DNA of 64,000 bases, from positions 67 to 64,066 of the forward strand of contig JAXHUQ010000001.1 of assembly GCA_034189535.1 (NCBI GenBank), given 5' to 3'. Source of the stretch: Halobacteriota archaeon (GTDB taxonomy: Archaea > Halobacteriota > Syntropharchaeia > DAOWMC01). Under the pieces are notes generated by a model, which worked only from the letters and a program-made list of their open reading frames with translations, was not told the origin of the DNA and searched no databases. The position numbers and the translations under genes were made by a program. Positions 50,132-59,615 of the stretch are shown here, piece after piece; the first letter of the stretch is position 1, and every line of letters begins with the position of its first letter.

Positions 50132-51517
50132 GTGTCTGAAGAAAAAAATGATATTTTTGAGGCAATATTTAATCCAAAATCAGTAGCTGTTGTTGGAGCA
50201 AGTTCAAATGTGAGAAAGGGTGGTCACAGAAGGTTTGTGGCCATACTTGAGAACTATAAAGGGAACCTCTATCCTGTAAATCCAAAGGAGGATGAGGTTG
50301 CAGGAATAAAAGCCTACACAAGTGTTTTAGAAGTTCCTGAGGATCTTGACCAGGTTATCATCTCAATTCCCTCAGGTGGCGTTCCCGCAGTTATGGAAGA
50401 ATGTGTGAAGAAAGGTGTAAAGATTGTTACTGTCTTCACATCTGGTTTCAGCGAATCTGGCGAGGAAGGGAGAGTTCTTGAGCGCGATATCGTTGGTATT
50501 GCACGCAAAGGGGATACACGTGTTGTCGGTCCCAACTGTATCGGTGTTTATTGCCCTTATAGTGGCCTATCATTCTACCCTACCCTTCCCAAAGAGGAAG
50601 GTGATATTGCATTTGTTTCTCAGAGTGGCGGTCTTGCAATGGTCTTTGTTCAGACAGGTACGCTCTATAATCTTGGATATAGCCGGGTGATCAGCTTCGG
50701 AAATGCAGCCGATCTCGACTGCACGGACTATTTTGAGTATCTTACAAATGATCCCAAGACCGAGATCGTAGGCGCTTACCTGGAGGGTGTGAAGGATGGG
50801 AGAAGGTTCACAGAAGTTATTGGAAAACTTGCAAAAAAGAAACCACTCATCATCTGGAAGGTTGGTAGAACCGAAGTTGGTGCAAGGGCGATATCCTCTC
50901 ACACAGGATCTATTGCAGGTGAAGATCGCATCTGGGACGGTCTCTTCAGGCAGCACTGTGTGGTCAGGGTAAGTAGCTTCGATGAGATGATCGATACTGT
51001 TATGCTCTTCAAGTTTGCGCCCTCGGTTGGCCCAAGGATTGCAATTATCACTATTGGTGGCGGTGCAGGGGTTGCGACTGCGGATATCTGTTCCAGTATG
51101 GGGCTTGAGATGGCGACCTTCAGTTCACACACGTCCGAAGAATTAAGAAAGGTTGTTCCTGCGGCCGGAACCAGCGTAAAAAACCCGGTCGATCTTGCAG
51201 CAACAGCACTTAACCCTTCTGCGATGAGAAGGGTGATGGAGCTGGTCTCGGAAGACGAATCTGTAGATACAATTATGACTCTGGGACTTCCTGATGCGAC
51301 AATGAGTCTTTTTGTGAGGGAGTTGAATCGCTTCAAAGGAGGTAAACCGCTCATTGTTATAGCGCCGATATCATCCGAGGCGAGCATAAAGGCCCACAAG
51401 ACTATCTCAAAGGGATATATTCCTGTATATTCAAGCGAGGAGAGGGCGGCAAGGGCGATTTCTAATGTAGTCTGGTACAACGAAAAGTTAGGAAGGTATT
51501 TTAAAGGTGGTCCTTAA
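50132..51517 (+). CDS. Acyl-CoA synthetase (NDP-forming) alpha subunit
   Basis: PKSVAVVGAS, GPNCIG, SQSGG, SHTGS phospho-His, NPVD. Confidence 0.88.
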   Translation: MSEEKNDIFEAIFNPKSVAVVGASSNVRKGGHRRFVAILENYKGNLYPVNPKEDEVAGIKAYTSVLEVPEDLDQVIISIPSGGVPAVMEECVKKGVKIVTVFTSGFSESGEEGRVLERDIVGIARKGDTRVVGPNCIGVYCPYSGLSFYPTLPKEEGDIAFVSQSGGLAMVFVQTGTLYNLGYSRVISFGNAADLDCTDYFEYLTNDPKTEIVGAYLEGVKDGRRFTEVIGKLAKKKPLIIWKVGRTEVGARAISSHTGSIAGEDRIWDGLFRQHCVVRVSSFDEMIDTVMLFKFAPSVGPRIAIITIGGGAGVATADICSSMGLEMATFSSHTSEELRKVVPAAGTSVKNPVDLAATALNPSAMRRVMELVSEDESVDTIMTLGLPDATMSLFVRELNRFKGGKPLIVIAPISSEASIKAHKTISKGYIPVYSSEERAARAISNVVWYNEKLGRYFKGGP

Positions 51518-51675
51518 ATGCCTGGATGATTTGGCCCGGAACAAAACCTCATGAGATAAACGCAGTTGTTTATTATGATCCATAGTAAGGTTCCAACGAT
51601 TGAATGTGTACTTCGTGGCTGTCCCTAATCTGGCATCAATCAAGACGATCTTGAGGGTTTTGAAATGAGTCCTTA

Positions 51676-51768
51676 CGATACCATTTGCCTTTACCCGAAG
51701 TTGCGACCGAAGGTGTCAATTTGGGTGAAGCGACCAACAGGAGTGAAACCAGGTGACGGCTGTTGTAT
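51676..51768 (-). repeat. attC-like site A (degenerate R')
   Basis: Minus strand ATACAAC-A-GCCGTCACC...GGTAAAGGC-AAAT-GGTATCG; shares GAAGTT and CAATTTGGGTGA with site B. Confidence 0.6.
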
Positions 51769-51982
51769 GCAGTATGTCAACCTTAGTATGGTCTAATCCA
51801 TCTTCTTTATTATAAGCCATTTCAAGTACAGATTTGCCATCAGGCATCAATACACATAATATTTCTTTTAATGCTTTATTTGGTTCGGGCCAGAAAAAAT
51901 GTCTCAATTGCAGCGATTGCTGCGAATTCATTATCTTGCTAAGGTTGTCAAAGAATCCAGTGGGTTTTGCAAATTGTGACAT
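51716..51982 (-). pseudogene. Internally deleted class I SAM methyltransferase (cassette remnant)
   Basis: N-terminal QFAKPTGFF..KIMN joined to late motif HFFWPEPNKALKEI..VL.PDGK; SAM-binding core absent. Confidence 0.55.
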
Positions 51983-52046
51983 TATTACCTCTTCGATTTA
52001 AATATTTTAAATTTGGCGGGCATATTCCATAAAACGTCTGGCGGAT

Positions 52047-52139
52047 TTATAACGTTTTTGCAGTAGCGATAGCAGAGATAAAAAATGTGGCGAAGCCCGA
52101 AGCGACCATCTAAAGGGGAGCATTTATGCACTCTTGTAC
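52047..52139 (-). repeat. attC-like site D (degenerate)
   Basis: Minus strand GTACAAG-A-GTGCA...TGCAA-AAAC-GTTATAA; shares AAATGTGGCG.AGCCC with site C. Confidence 0.5.
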
Positions 52140-52191
52140 GATGTTAACCCGACTCCTTAATAAATCGCCAACCATGTTTATCCTATTTGTT

Positions 52192-52839
52192 TTATTCAAG
52201 AAATGCTCGTACAGCAATTGAAAATTCCTCCTGAGATGCCCTATACTCCTTATTTTTCCTGGGAAACTGGTCATCGAAAATTTCGACTTCGGAAGCATCT
52301 AGCTCATACACTGAACTGTAATAAAATTTCCACTTCTTCCCTTCAAAAATTCCTTTTTCAAGCTCAAGTACCAGTTGACCATACGGAAAATTTCCTTCAC
52401 CATTACTTATATTGAAATCAATGGAATTTTTAAAACCGTGTTTACAATAATTATGAGGGTGACCGAAAATGATGATTGCATTCAATTTATCTCTTAAAGC
52501 AATCTCTTTTGTGTAATTTATCAATGCGGTACCGATACCTTTTCTTTGATATTCAGGTAAAACAGATAAAGGCCCGAAGGTGATTGTTTCAATTTTATTT
52601 TGATCTTCATCTACCACAAAGGATTTTGTGTACATTATGCTACCAACAACTTTACCTTCAATTTCGGCCACATAATCCAACTCCCGGATAAAATCAGGAT
52701 GTTTTCTCAAGCAATGTACAAGGTAATGCTCTTCGCATCCGGGAACATTCAAATTCCAAAATGCTTCCCTTGTAATCTCTTCAACAACTCGATGGTCAGT
52801 TTCTTCTTCTCTTCTAATAGTTATATTCATTTCAGTCAT
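52192..52839 (-). CDS. GNAT N-acetyltransferase (YhbS-like), cassette-like
   Basis: TREAFWN, EHYLVH, FGPLSVLPEYQRKGIG; AT-rich. Confidence 0.88.
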   Translation of the reverse strand: MTEMNITIRREEETDHRVVEEITREAFWNLNVPGCEEHYLVHCLRKHPDFIRELDYVAEIEGKVVGSIMYTKSFVVDEDQNKIETITFGPLSVLPEYQRKGIGTALINYTKEIALRDKLNAIIIFGHPHNYCKHGFKNSIDFNISNGEGNFPYGQLVLELEKGIFEGKKWKFYYSSVYELDASEVEIFDDQFPRKNKEYRASQEEFSIAVRAFLE

Positions 52840-53011
52840 CCTTTTTCTGATTCATCACTACTTCGGAATGTAAACTTTTATACATCCCTCAATTGACTTT
52901 TGAGTGAAAAATCAACAACCATTGATGGAACGGATAGTGAAAAGTATTGTTAGAGGAGTACTTAATAGTTTCCACAAGCTTTTTGCAAAGCGTATAGACC
53001 CTAATATCAGA

Positions 53012-53281
53012 AATAACGCAGTATACTATGAAAAAGAAGTTTGATGCCGGACAGAGGATTCTATGACGTCAGCGTAGTAAATATGTTGAAAAAATGTGAT
53101 ATAAACTACTGTTTATAAAACACCGGGCTAAAACCACCTGATCAACGATAGCTATAGTCGGATCCCAATTTCCCCCACATCCAAGACGTTATTTTGGGAC
53201 GGTTAAGGGTTGAATCCTCAGACAAAACAGAGATAGCTGTGCCATCAATTCTCAAGATTTTTGTTACTTGTCGAAGTACTG
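53012..53281 (+). repeat. ~270 bp dispersed repeat, copy 2
   Basis: Matches 102-370. Confidence 0.75.
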
Positions 53282-53343
53282 ATAAATTAAAAATTCGCTA
53301 CATTTTTGCTTATTAAAATAGACACATTATCAAGGAACTGCAG

Positions 53344-54510
53344 ATGACTAGTAACAAACCGGAGACCGAGGAGATGCTGAAAAGCCTCCTCGATTTGACC
53401 GACCCCAGATTGACAAAAGCATTCTTTTCATGGGCACAGGATAATCCAAGGTATATGCAGACTTTTATACGCCTGATCCGAACACATTACAAGACAAGGA
53501 AACTGCGTGCCGATTGTAGGGCAGAGGGAGTCGTTGTACCCGCTTTTTTAATTCTCAGCATAACATCTCAATGTAACCTTGGTTGTGCAGGATGCTTTGC
53601 AGCAGCCACGGGTACCCTATCAGATAGTGATACAAAAAGAGATCCGCTAGATTACGATCAGTGGAAAAAGATACTTACAGAGGCTTCGGATATGGGAGTT
53701 TTCTTCTTTGTCATCGCAGGGGGAGAACCTTTCATGTATCAGAGAGTGCTGGATCTTTGTGAATCTTTTGACGATAGGTTCTTTCTCATCATAACAAACG
53801 CAACTGCGATCAAAGAGGATGATTATGAGCATCTTAAGCACATCTCAAACGTTGCAATAATAGCAAGCATAGAGGGTGACAAGTCACTAACTGATGATAG
53901 ACGTGGAAATGGCACCTATGATAAGGCGATGACGTCACTTAATTACCTCCAAGATATCGGGGCTCTGACAGGGATATCCGTTACAATAACCAGGATGAAT
54001 TATGAGTACTGGATGAAAGAGGAGCATCTTGACACCTTCGTAGAGGACGGTGTAAGACTCATAGCATTCCTTGAATATATCCCTCTTTCATCATCTAGTG
54101 ATGAAGATGGTAGTGATCACTTCCTAATGCTCACGTCAGACGAACGTAAAGAATTCCGCTCAAGGATACTCGACTATCGGAAGAGAAAGCAAGTATATAT
54201 CATCCATTCCCCTGGAGATGAAGAGTTCTTTGGAGGATGCGTTTCCGCAGGAAGGGGATTTGCGCATATAACACCTTCAGGAGACCTGACCCCTTGCCCG
54301 ATTTCAAACATCGCCACTCACAACCTGACCAAGTCCACACTTCGTGAAGGACTTGCAAGTCAGCTCTTCGAGGAGATACGAAGAGATGATCGTCTTCTTG
54401 AGACGGATGGTATGCCATGTGCACTATTTGCTCACCCAAAAGAGGTGGATGCTCTTGCAAAATCTGTGGGCGCTTATAGAACCGGATACAAGGGAAAGCA
54501 CTTGCCTTGA
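53344..54510 (+). CDS. Radical SAM protein with SPASM/twitch-like C-terminus
   Basis: CNLGCAGC, GGEP, CVSAGRG..HITP.GDLTPCP. Confidence 0.88.
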   Translation: MTSNKPETEEMLKSLLDLTDPRLTKAFFSWAQDNPRYMQTFIRLIRTHYKTRKLRADCRAEGVVVPAFLILSITSQCNLGCAGCFAAATGTLSDSDTKRDPLDYDQWKKILTEASDMGVFFFVIAGGEPFMYQRVLDLCESFDDRFFLIITNATAIKEDDYEHLKHISNVAIIASIEGDKSLTDDRRGNGTYDKAMTSLNYLQDIGALTGISVTITRMNYEYWMKEEHLDTFVEDGVRLIAFLEYIPLSSSSDEDGSDHFLMLTSDERKEFRSRILDYRKRKQVYIIHSPGDEEFFGGCVSAGRGFAHITPSGDLTPCPISNIATHNLTKSTLREGLASQLFEEIRRDDRLLETDGMPCALFAHPKEVDALAKSVGAYRTGYKGKHLP

Positions 54511-54587
54511 AACCGTAATGTTTTGTTAGAAATCGGCCCAACACCATCGTTACCTTTTTGATAAATAAGGCTATTACAAGATGAGGT

Positions 54588-54834
54588 GTGCAAGACCTCT
54601 TTGCCAGAAGAATGAAAGGTGCACACAACTCGTTTACCAGAGAGATTCTGAAGATCGCTTCCGATCCTAAGAGATGCTGCAATAAAAAACGATGTAGCAT
54701 CTGTTCCAGGAATAGCTTTTTATGCCGGAGAGGTTGACGAAGGCACATTCAGACTGAACTTCTCAAATACGAGTGAAGAAGTGATAAAAGAGGGAATCAA
54801 AAGACTCGGATGCATCATGAAAGACTTAATTTAG
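54588..54834 (+). pseudogene. Internally deleted PLP aminotransferase (LysN/Aro8-like)
   Basis: MQDLFARRMKGAHNSFTREILKIASDPK joined out of frame to VPGIAFY...FRLNFSNTSEEVIKEGIKRLG. Confidence 0.7.
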
Positions 54835-54891
54835 GGTAAAAGGATTTCACCAAAAACTATATAATCTTATAAGTTAGATGTACCTATAAGT

Positions 54892-54907
54892 TTTAGGTAT
54901 GCCTAAA
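54892..54907. promoter_or_regulatory. DtxR/MntR-type operator
   Basis: Inverted repeat TTTAGG-TATG-CCTAAA upstream of feoA; weaker copy at 54874-54887. Confidence 0.7.
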
Positions 54908-54922
54908 TATTCGGAGAATAAT

Positions 54923-55150
54923 ATGGAAACTTCACTGATAGATATGGAAAACGGCGATTCGGGTAAGATTAAACGCATCACAGGAGGGTATGGTCAACAG
55001 AGACATATGAGGTCACTGGGTGTTCGTGAGGGAAAAGAGATAAATATCGTTGCAAAACAACCAATAGGTGGCCCGATAATCGTTGACATTGGTGGGAACA
55101 GAATCGCCATAGGAAGAGGTATGGCTAATCGAGTTATGGTGGAAACGTAA
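54923..55150 (+). CDS. feoA: FeoA family protein
   Basis: SLGVREG, GPIIV, IAIGRGMA. Confidence 0.88.
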   Translation: METSLIDMENGDSGKIKRITGGYGQQRHMRSLGVREGKEINIVAKQPIGGPIIVDIGGNRIAIGRGMANRVMVET

Positions 55151-55151
55151 A

Positions 55152-56861
55152 ATGAATATACTGCTCATGGGTAATCCCAATGTCGGTAAGAGTGTAATAT
55201 TTTCAAGGCTTACCGGGGTAAATGTCATCTCATCAAACTATCCCGGAACAACAGTCGGTTTCAAGGAAGGAACAGTTAAGTTTGGTGGTGAGAAAGCCAG
55301 GTTGATCGATGTTCCCGGTTCTTACACGCTAAATCCCACGTCCAGTGCAGAAGAGGTTGCAGTCGAGATGCTTGATAAGGGAGATATCGTTATCAATGTA
55401 GTTGATGCAACAAACCTTGAGCGAAACCTTCACCTCACTCTTGAACTTCTGGAATATGGTTTACCAACAATTATTGTCCTCAATCTATGGGACGAGACCA
55501 AGCACAAAGGGATAACAATTGATATTGATAAACTTAGGGAACACCTCGGTGTGCCCGTAATACCGACGGTTGCGGTTACCGGTGAAGGGATAAAGGAGCT
55601 GATGGGATCAACTCCTGAGAGGCCGACACATCCCAGACGGACTGAGGACGAGAGATGGGGCGAGATAGGAAGAATAATCGGGGAGGTACAGACAGTAACG
55701 CATCACCATCATACGATCCTGGAGTTACTTGGTGATGCAAGTATCAAGCCCTTGAGTGGAGCAGTTATTGCTGTCATGGTCATGGCAATAACATTTGAAT
55801 TTATAAGACTAATCGGAGAGGGACTCATAAATTTTGTATTTGATCCGTTATTTGAGATATATTATAAACCACTGATGATGCAGCTTGGAACTGCTCTTGG
55901 TGAAGGTATCTTATTTGACTTGGTGATAGGAACTCTGATCGGAAGTGAGATAGATTTTGTTCAGTCCATGGGTCTACTTACTACCGGTCTTTATGTTCCT
56001 TTTGCAATGGTCTTGCCCTATGTCTTTTCTTTTTATCTGGGCCTGGGACTACTCGAGGACAGTGGATACTTACCAAGGCTTGCGGTCCTAGTCGATACCA
56101 TAATGCACAGGATTGGATTGCACGGACTATCGATTATTCCCATGTTCCTCGGACTTGGTTGTAATGTACCAGGTGCACTCTCGACAAGAGTCCTTGAGAC
56201 GAAGAAACAAAGATTCATAGCATCAACCCTGATGGCAGTTGCAATCCCGTGTATAGCCCAGATCGCAATGATTGCTGGGCTTGTTGGCCAGTATGGGGCT
56301 ATGGGATTCGGTGTGGTATTTCTCACCCTATTTCTTGTATGGCTCACACTCGGGCTGATACTCAGCAGAATTATAAAAGGAGAGAGCCCTGAGATATTTC
56401 TTGAAATACCTCCTTACAGGATTCCGGTCCTTGTGGCTACATTAAAAAAGCTTTGGATGAGAATTAGAAGCTTTCTCATGGATGCAATACCTTTCATGCT
56501 GCTTGGGGTTCTGATAATCAATGGGCTATACTCATTTGGGATAATCCGATTCATCGGTGATCTCACCGAACCTGTTATAACCGGCCTTCTCGGCCTTCCT
56601 TCAGAGGCAGTTGGTGCATTGGTTGTCGGTTTTCTCAGAAAGGATGTGGCAATTGGTATGCTTATGCCACTTAACCTAAATATGAATCAGGCTATTGTCG
56701 CAAGTGTCGTTCTCGCAATGTACTTCCCATGCGTTGCAACTTTTGTTGTGATGGTAAGGGAGCTAGGTGTAGTTGATATGCTCAAATCTTCTGTGATTAT
56801 GATCCTATCTGCCTTTATCGTTGGCGGACTACTAAATTTGATTTTGGGGGTGGCAACATAA
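55152..56861 (+). CDS. feoB: FeoB-family metal transporter (short form)
   Basis: GNPNVGKS, NYPGTTV, DVPG, LEDSGYLPR, GLGCNVP, YFPC. Confidence 0.92.
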   Translation: MNILLMGNPNVGKSVIFSRLTGVNVISSNYPGTTVGFKEGTVKFGGEKARLIDVPGSYTLNPTSSAEEVAVEMLDKGDIVINVVDATNLERNLHLTLELLEYGLPTIIVLNLWDETKHKGITIDIDKLREHLGVPVIPTVAVTGEGIKELMGSTPERPTHPRRTEDERWGEIGRIIGEVQTVTHHHHTILELLGDASIKPLSGAVIAVMVMAITFEFIRLIGEGLINFVFDPLFEIYYKPLMMQLGTALGEGILFDLVIGTLIGSEIDFVQSMGLLTTGLYVPFAMVLPYVFSFYLGLGLLEDSGYLPRLAVLVDTIMHRIGLHGLSIIPMFLGLGCNVPGALSTRVLETKKQRFIASTLMAVAIPCIAQIAMIAGLVGQYGAMGFGVVFLTLFLVWLTLGLILSRIIKGESPEIFLEIPPYRIPVLVATLKKLWMRIRSFLMDAIPFMLLGVLIINGLYSFGIIRFIGDLTEPVITGLLGLPSEAVGALVVGFLRKDVAIGMLMPLNLNMNQAIVASVVLAMYFPCVATFVVMVRELGVVDMLKSSVIMILSAFIVGGLLNLILGVAT

Positions 56862-57298
56862 CCTCAAAGACTGTTGAAGATTACCTTGAAGTGATCTATG
56901 AGTTGATCGAAGAGAAGGGATATGCAAGAACTGTTGATATCTCATCCCGTCTCAATGTGCAGCCTCCCAGTGTCACCGAGATGATACAGCGGATGGACGT
57001 GGGAGGTTATCTAATCTACGAGAAGTATAGAGGTCTGAAACTCACCCGGAAGGGGAGGAACCTAGCAAAAGAGATAAGTGACAGACATAAGACTCTTGCT
57101 ACTTTTCTTAAGATACTGGGCGTGGATGAAGAGATAGCCGAAGTGGATGCATGCAATATAGAGCATAATGTTAATTCAGAGACTATGTTGCGACTGACAA
57201 AGTTTGTTGAGTTTGTGGAGAACTCAAATCATGATGGTTCATGGATAGAACATTTTAAACACTACGCCCTAACAGGTCAGTTTTTGTGTGAAGATTGA
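56858..57298 (+). CDS. DtxR/MntR-family metalloregulator 1 (apparent ATA start)
   Basis: ITSKTVEDYLEVIY, SVTEM, RH, DACNIEH. Confidence 0.85.
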   Translation: MTSKTVEDYLEVIYELIEEKGYARTVDISSRLNVQPPSVTEMIQRMDVGGYLIYEKYRGLKLTRKGRNLAKEISDRHKTLATFLKILGVDEEIAEVDACNIEHNVNSETMLRLTKFVEFVENSNHDGSWIEHFKHYALTGQFLCED

Positions 57299-57309
57299 TT
57301 GTGATAGAT

Positions 57310-57756
57310 ATGTTGTCTAGGAAAGCCGAGGATTATCTTGAGGCGATCGTCAATATAATGGAGTTTAAGGGATATATCCGCGTAAAGGACATTGCGTCTT
57401 CGCTGGATGTTTCATCATCAAGTGTCGTTGAGATGATGAAAAAATTGGATTCAATGGGCCTTGTGATATATAAAAAGCATGATGGTATAAGATTGACGCC
57501 GAAAGGAGGAGAAATCGGAAGGATGGTGAAATTCCGCCATAAAACGATAAAAGACTTCCTTGAGATTATAGATGTACCTGAAGATATCGCCGATAAGGAT
57601 GCGTGCACGATGGAGCATAACCTCAATACAGAAACAGTAGAGCAGATCAAAAAATTGGTGGAATTTGTAAAAACCGCTCCAGATTATCCGCAATGGCTCG
57701 TTCATTTTCAGATATTCTGCAAGACCGGAGAACATGGATGCAAAAAAGATAAATAA
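57310..57756 (+). CDS. DtxR/MntR-family metalloregulator 2
   Basis: EDYLEAI, SVVEM, RH, DACTMEH. Confidence 0.9.
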   Translation: MLSRKAEDYLEAIVNIMEFKGYIRVKDIASSLDVSSSSVVEMMKKLDSMGLVIYKKHDGIRLTPKGGEIGRMVKFRHKTIKDFLEIIDVPEDIADKDACTMEHNLNTETVEQIKKLVEFVKTAPDYPQWLVHFQIFCKTGEHGCKKDK

Positions 57757-57867
57757 TCATATTAATTCGGTTTTTTAACAAAATGTAATTGAATTAAGTT
57801 TTTAATCAAAAACCGAGCTTTTTTTGGGCACATTTTTTATCTACCTAACGGCATATTTAATTTTGGA

Positions 57868-58113
57868 GTGATCCGTATGAAGATTAAAAATAAAAGGGGA
57901 ACTTACTCAGACGATAGTGGTATGAAAGTAATGGCGTTACTGGAATTAATCGTTGACGAAGAAAAGATGGATCAGATATTATCTGAGGAAGTCGAGGCAC
58001 GTGGATTAGACCCGAATAGTTCCTTGGTAAAAGCAAGTAGGGAAGTAGCAATCATCGCTATCAGACCGATGCTTGAATGTATGTTGGGCTGTGTGAAATG
58101 CCAGATAAAGTAG
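57868..58113 (+). CDS. Hypothetical protein
   Basis: 81 aa ORF with C-terminal Cys cluster. Confidence 0.4.
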   Translation: MIRMKIKNKRGTYSDDSGMKVMALLELIVDEEKMDQILSEEVEARGLDPNSSLVKASREVAIIAIRPMLECMLGCVKCQIK

Positions 58114-58124
58114 GAGGCTATCGA

Positions 58125-58280
58125 ATGGATGATATGATGAGAATGATAAGGGAGTTGATGACGCTCTTTGAGAAGGCGTCTGATGAGGATATCAGCAAAC
58201 TCAATGAAAAGCTGGAAGATATAAAGAATGATCTGGGTGATTGCTTTATTGAAGGTTGGGAGCTTTACAAGGTATCATAA
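58125..58280 (+). CDS. Small hypothetical protein
   Basis: GGAGG RBS then MDDMMRMIRE..., acidic and helical. Confidence 0.4.
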   Translation: MDDMMRMIRELMTLFEKASDEDISKLNEKLEDIKNDLGDCFIEGWELYKVS

Positions 58281-58938
58281 TCACAATAAAGGGGACGTTC
58301 AAATACCCGAAAGAAAGATATGGGGATTTGAGAGTTTTACTCTCTGCGGGCTTTTGGGGCTGGCCTTTGACGATGTGGGGATGGTTAAGATCTTCAAGAG
58401 ATTGAGAGAGAGGGGTCTTTTATGCCGTACATAAAAGAGAGCACAAAGCACTGAGACTCTATGATTTCTTATCCAGGCAATTGCCCGACCGAAACGTGGA
58501 AAACGTTCTATGCAAATTATAATCTGCCACCAAGCTGAACGATAAGCTTAAAAGAAACTTAGATAGTTCCAATCGGAAAAGAAAAGAGTTATTCTCAGAA
58601 ATAAATAAAAATAGGGTCTGATAAATCGAGGATTATCTCTGAGTTGGATGAAAAGAAGCAAAGAAGCGGTTAAATGATAAATTGATGGAAGATTTTGAGA
58701 ATATGGGTGGCAAAGATACTCTCAGCTATTTTCTTAGAAGCTCGAGTTTGACAACTCTCAGGAATGTATTAATTGATTTTGCTGGAGATCACAGTGAAGG
58801 TAATGTTGGATTGATCTCTGGATAAATGGTATGGTTAATATAGGTTTTTTCATCAGATACCAACTTTATTCGGCTTTTTATTAAAAATCAAGATTTTTTA
58901 GGGTATATTATTTATAAACCTAACAAGCATATGAAATG

Positions 58939-58952
58939 TTAGGGCAACCTAA
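58939..58952. promoter_or_regulatory. DtxR/MntR-type operator
   Basis: TTAGG-GCAA-CCTAA just upstream of the second feoA. Confidence 0.7.
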
Positions 58953-58966
58953 AAGGTGAAGAAATT

Positions 58967-59194
58967 ATGGAAAAACGGTTAAGCGAGATGAACCCCAGAG
59001 AAAGAGGATCAATTACAAGAGTAACTGGTAAAGAGAACCGTAGGATTATGGAAATGGGGATCATCAGAGGGACTGAAATAGAAGTGGTGAGAGTTGCACC
59101 ACTTGGCGATCCTGTGGAGTTTCTTTTGAAGGATTATAATCTGACACTAAGACGAGATGAGGCAAAGAATGTATATGTGGAGGTGGAACATTGA
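58967..59194 (+). CDS. feoA: FeoA family protein
   Basis: EMGIIRG, APLGDP, LRRDEA. Confidence 0.9.
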   Translation: MEKRLSEMNPRERGSITRVTGKENRRIMEMGIIRGTEIEVVRVAPLGDPVEFLLKDYNLTLRRDEAKNVYVEVEH

Positions 59195-59613
59195 GGACTG
59201 GTGGGCGAATTTCAGGTTATAGAAGGGTATTAAATCACTTTAATGGAAATATAAAACACATTCATGACGATATAGACCACCTAGGGGACAGTCATGGTGA
59301 CAATGAAGAGATTAAATCCCACCGGGATGATGTTGATTCACATCTGCACGATCTGATGGCACACGGTAAAGACCTTGGCAAGGCAATACCTTTAGCACTC
59401 CTCTCGGAAGGGGAAGAAGGTGAGGTCATCGGGTTTAATGGTGGAAGAGGCATGCTACAGAGATTGTCAGAAATGGGTTTTACACCATTAGAGAAGGTAA
59501 AAGTTATAAAATCAAATTCATCTGGTCCAGTGCTTGTTGATGTGAAAGGATCAAGGATAGCTCTCGGAAGGGGAGTAGCGATGAAGATCATTGTAAACGG
59601 AGTTGAGGTGTAA
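59191..59613 (+). CDS. feoA: FeoA family protein with His/Asp-rich N-terminal extension
   Basis: RLSEMGF, GPVLV, IALGRGVA. Confidence 0.85.
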   Translation: MRTGGRISGYRRVLNHFNGNIKHIHDDIDHLGDSHGDNEEIKSHRDDVDSHLHDLMAHGKDLGKAIPLALLSEGEEGEVIGFNGGRGMLQRLSEMGFTPLEKVKVIKSNSSGPVLVDVKGSRIALGRGVAMKIIVNGVEV

Positions 59614-59615
59614 AA

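Noticed and set aside
102..53281. Composite transposon or island bounded by the two 270-bp repeats
   Set aside because: The interval holds core genes (r-proteins, TFB, DP1, RNase P); independent insertions are more plausible
58280..58860. Possible gene or mobile-element remnant
   Set aside because: Only short broken frames; no recognisable motif or repeat
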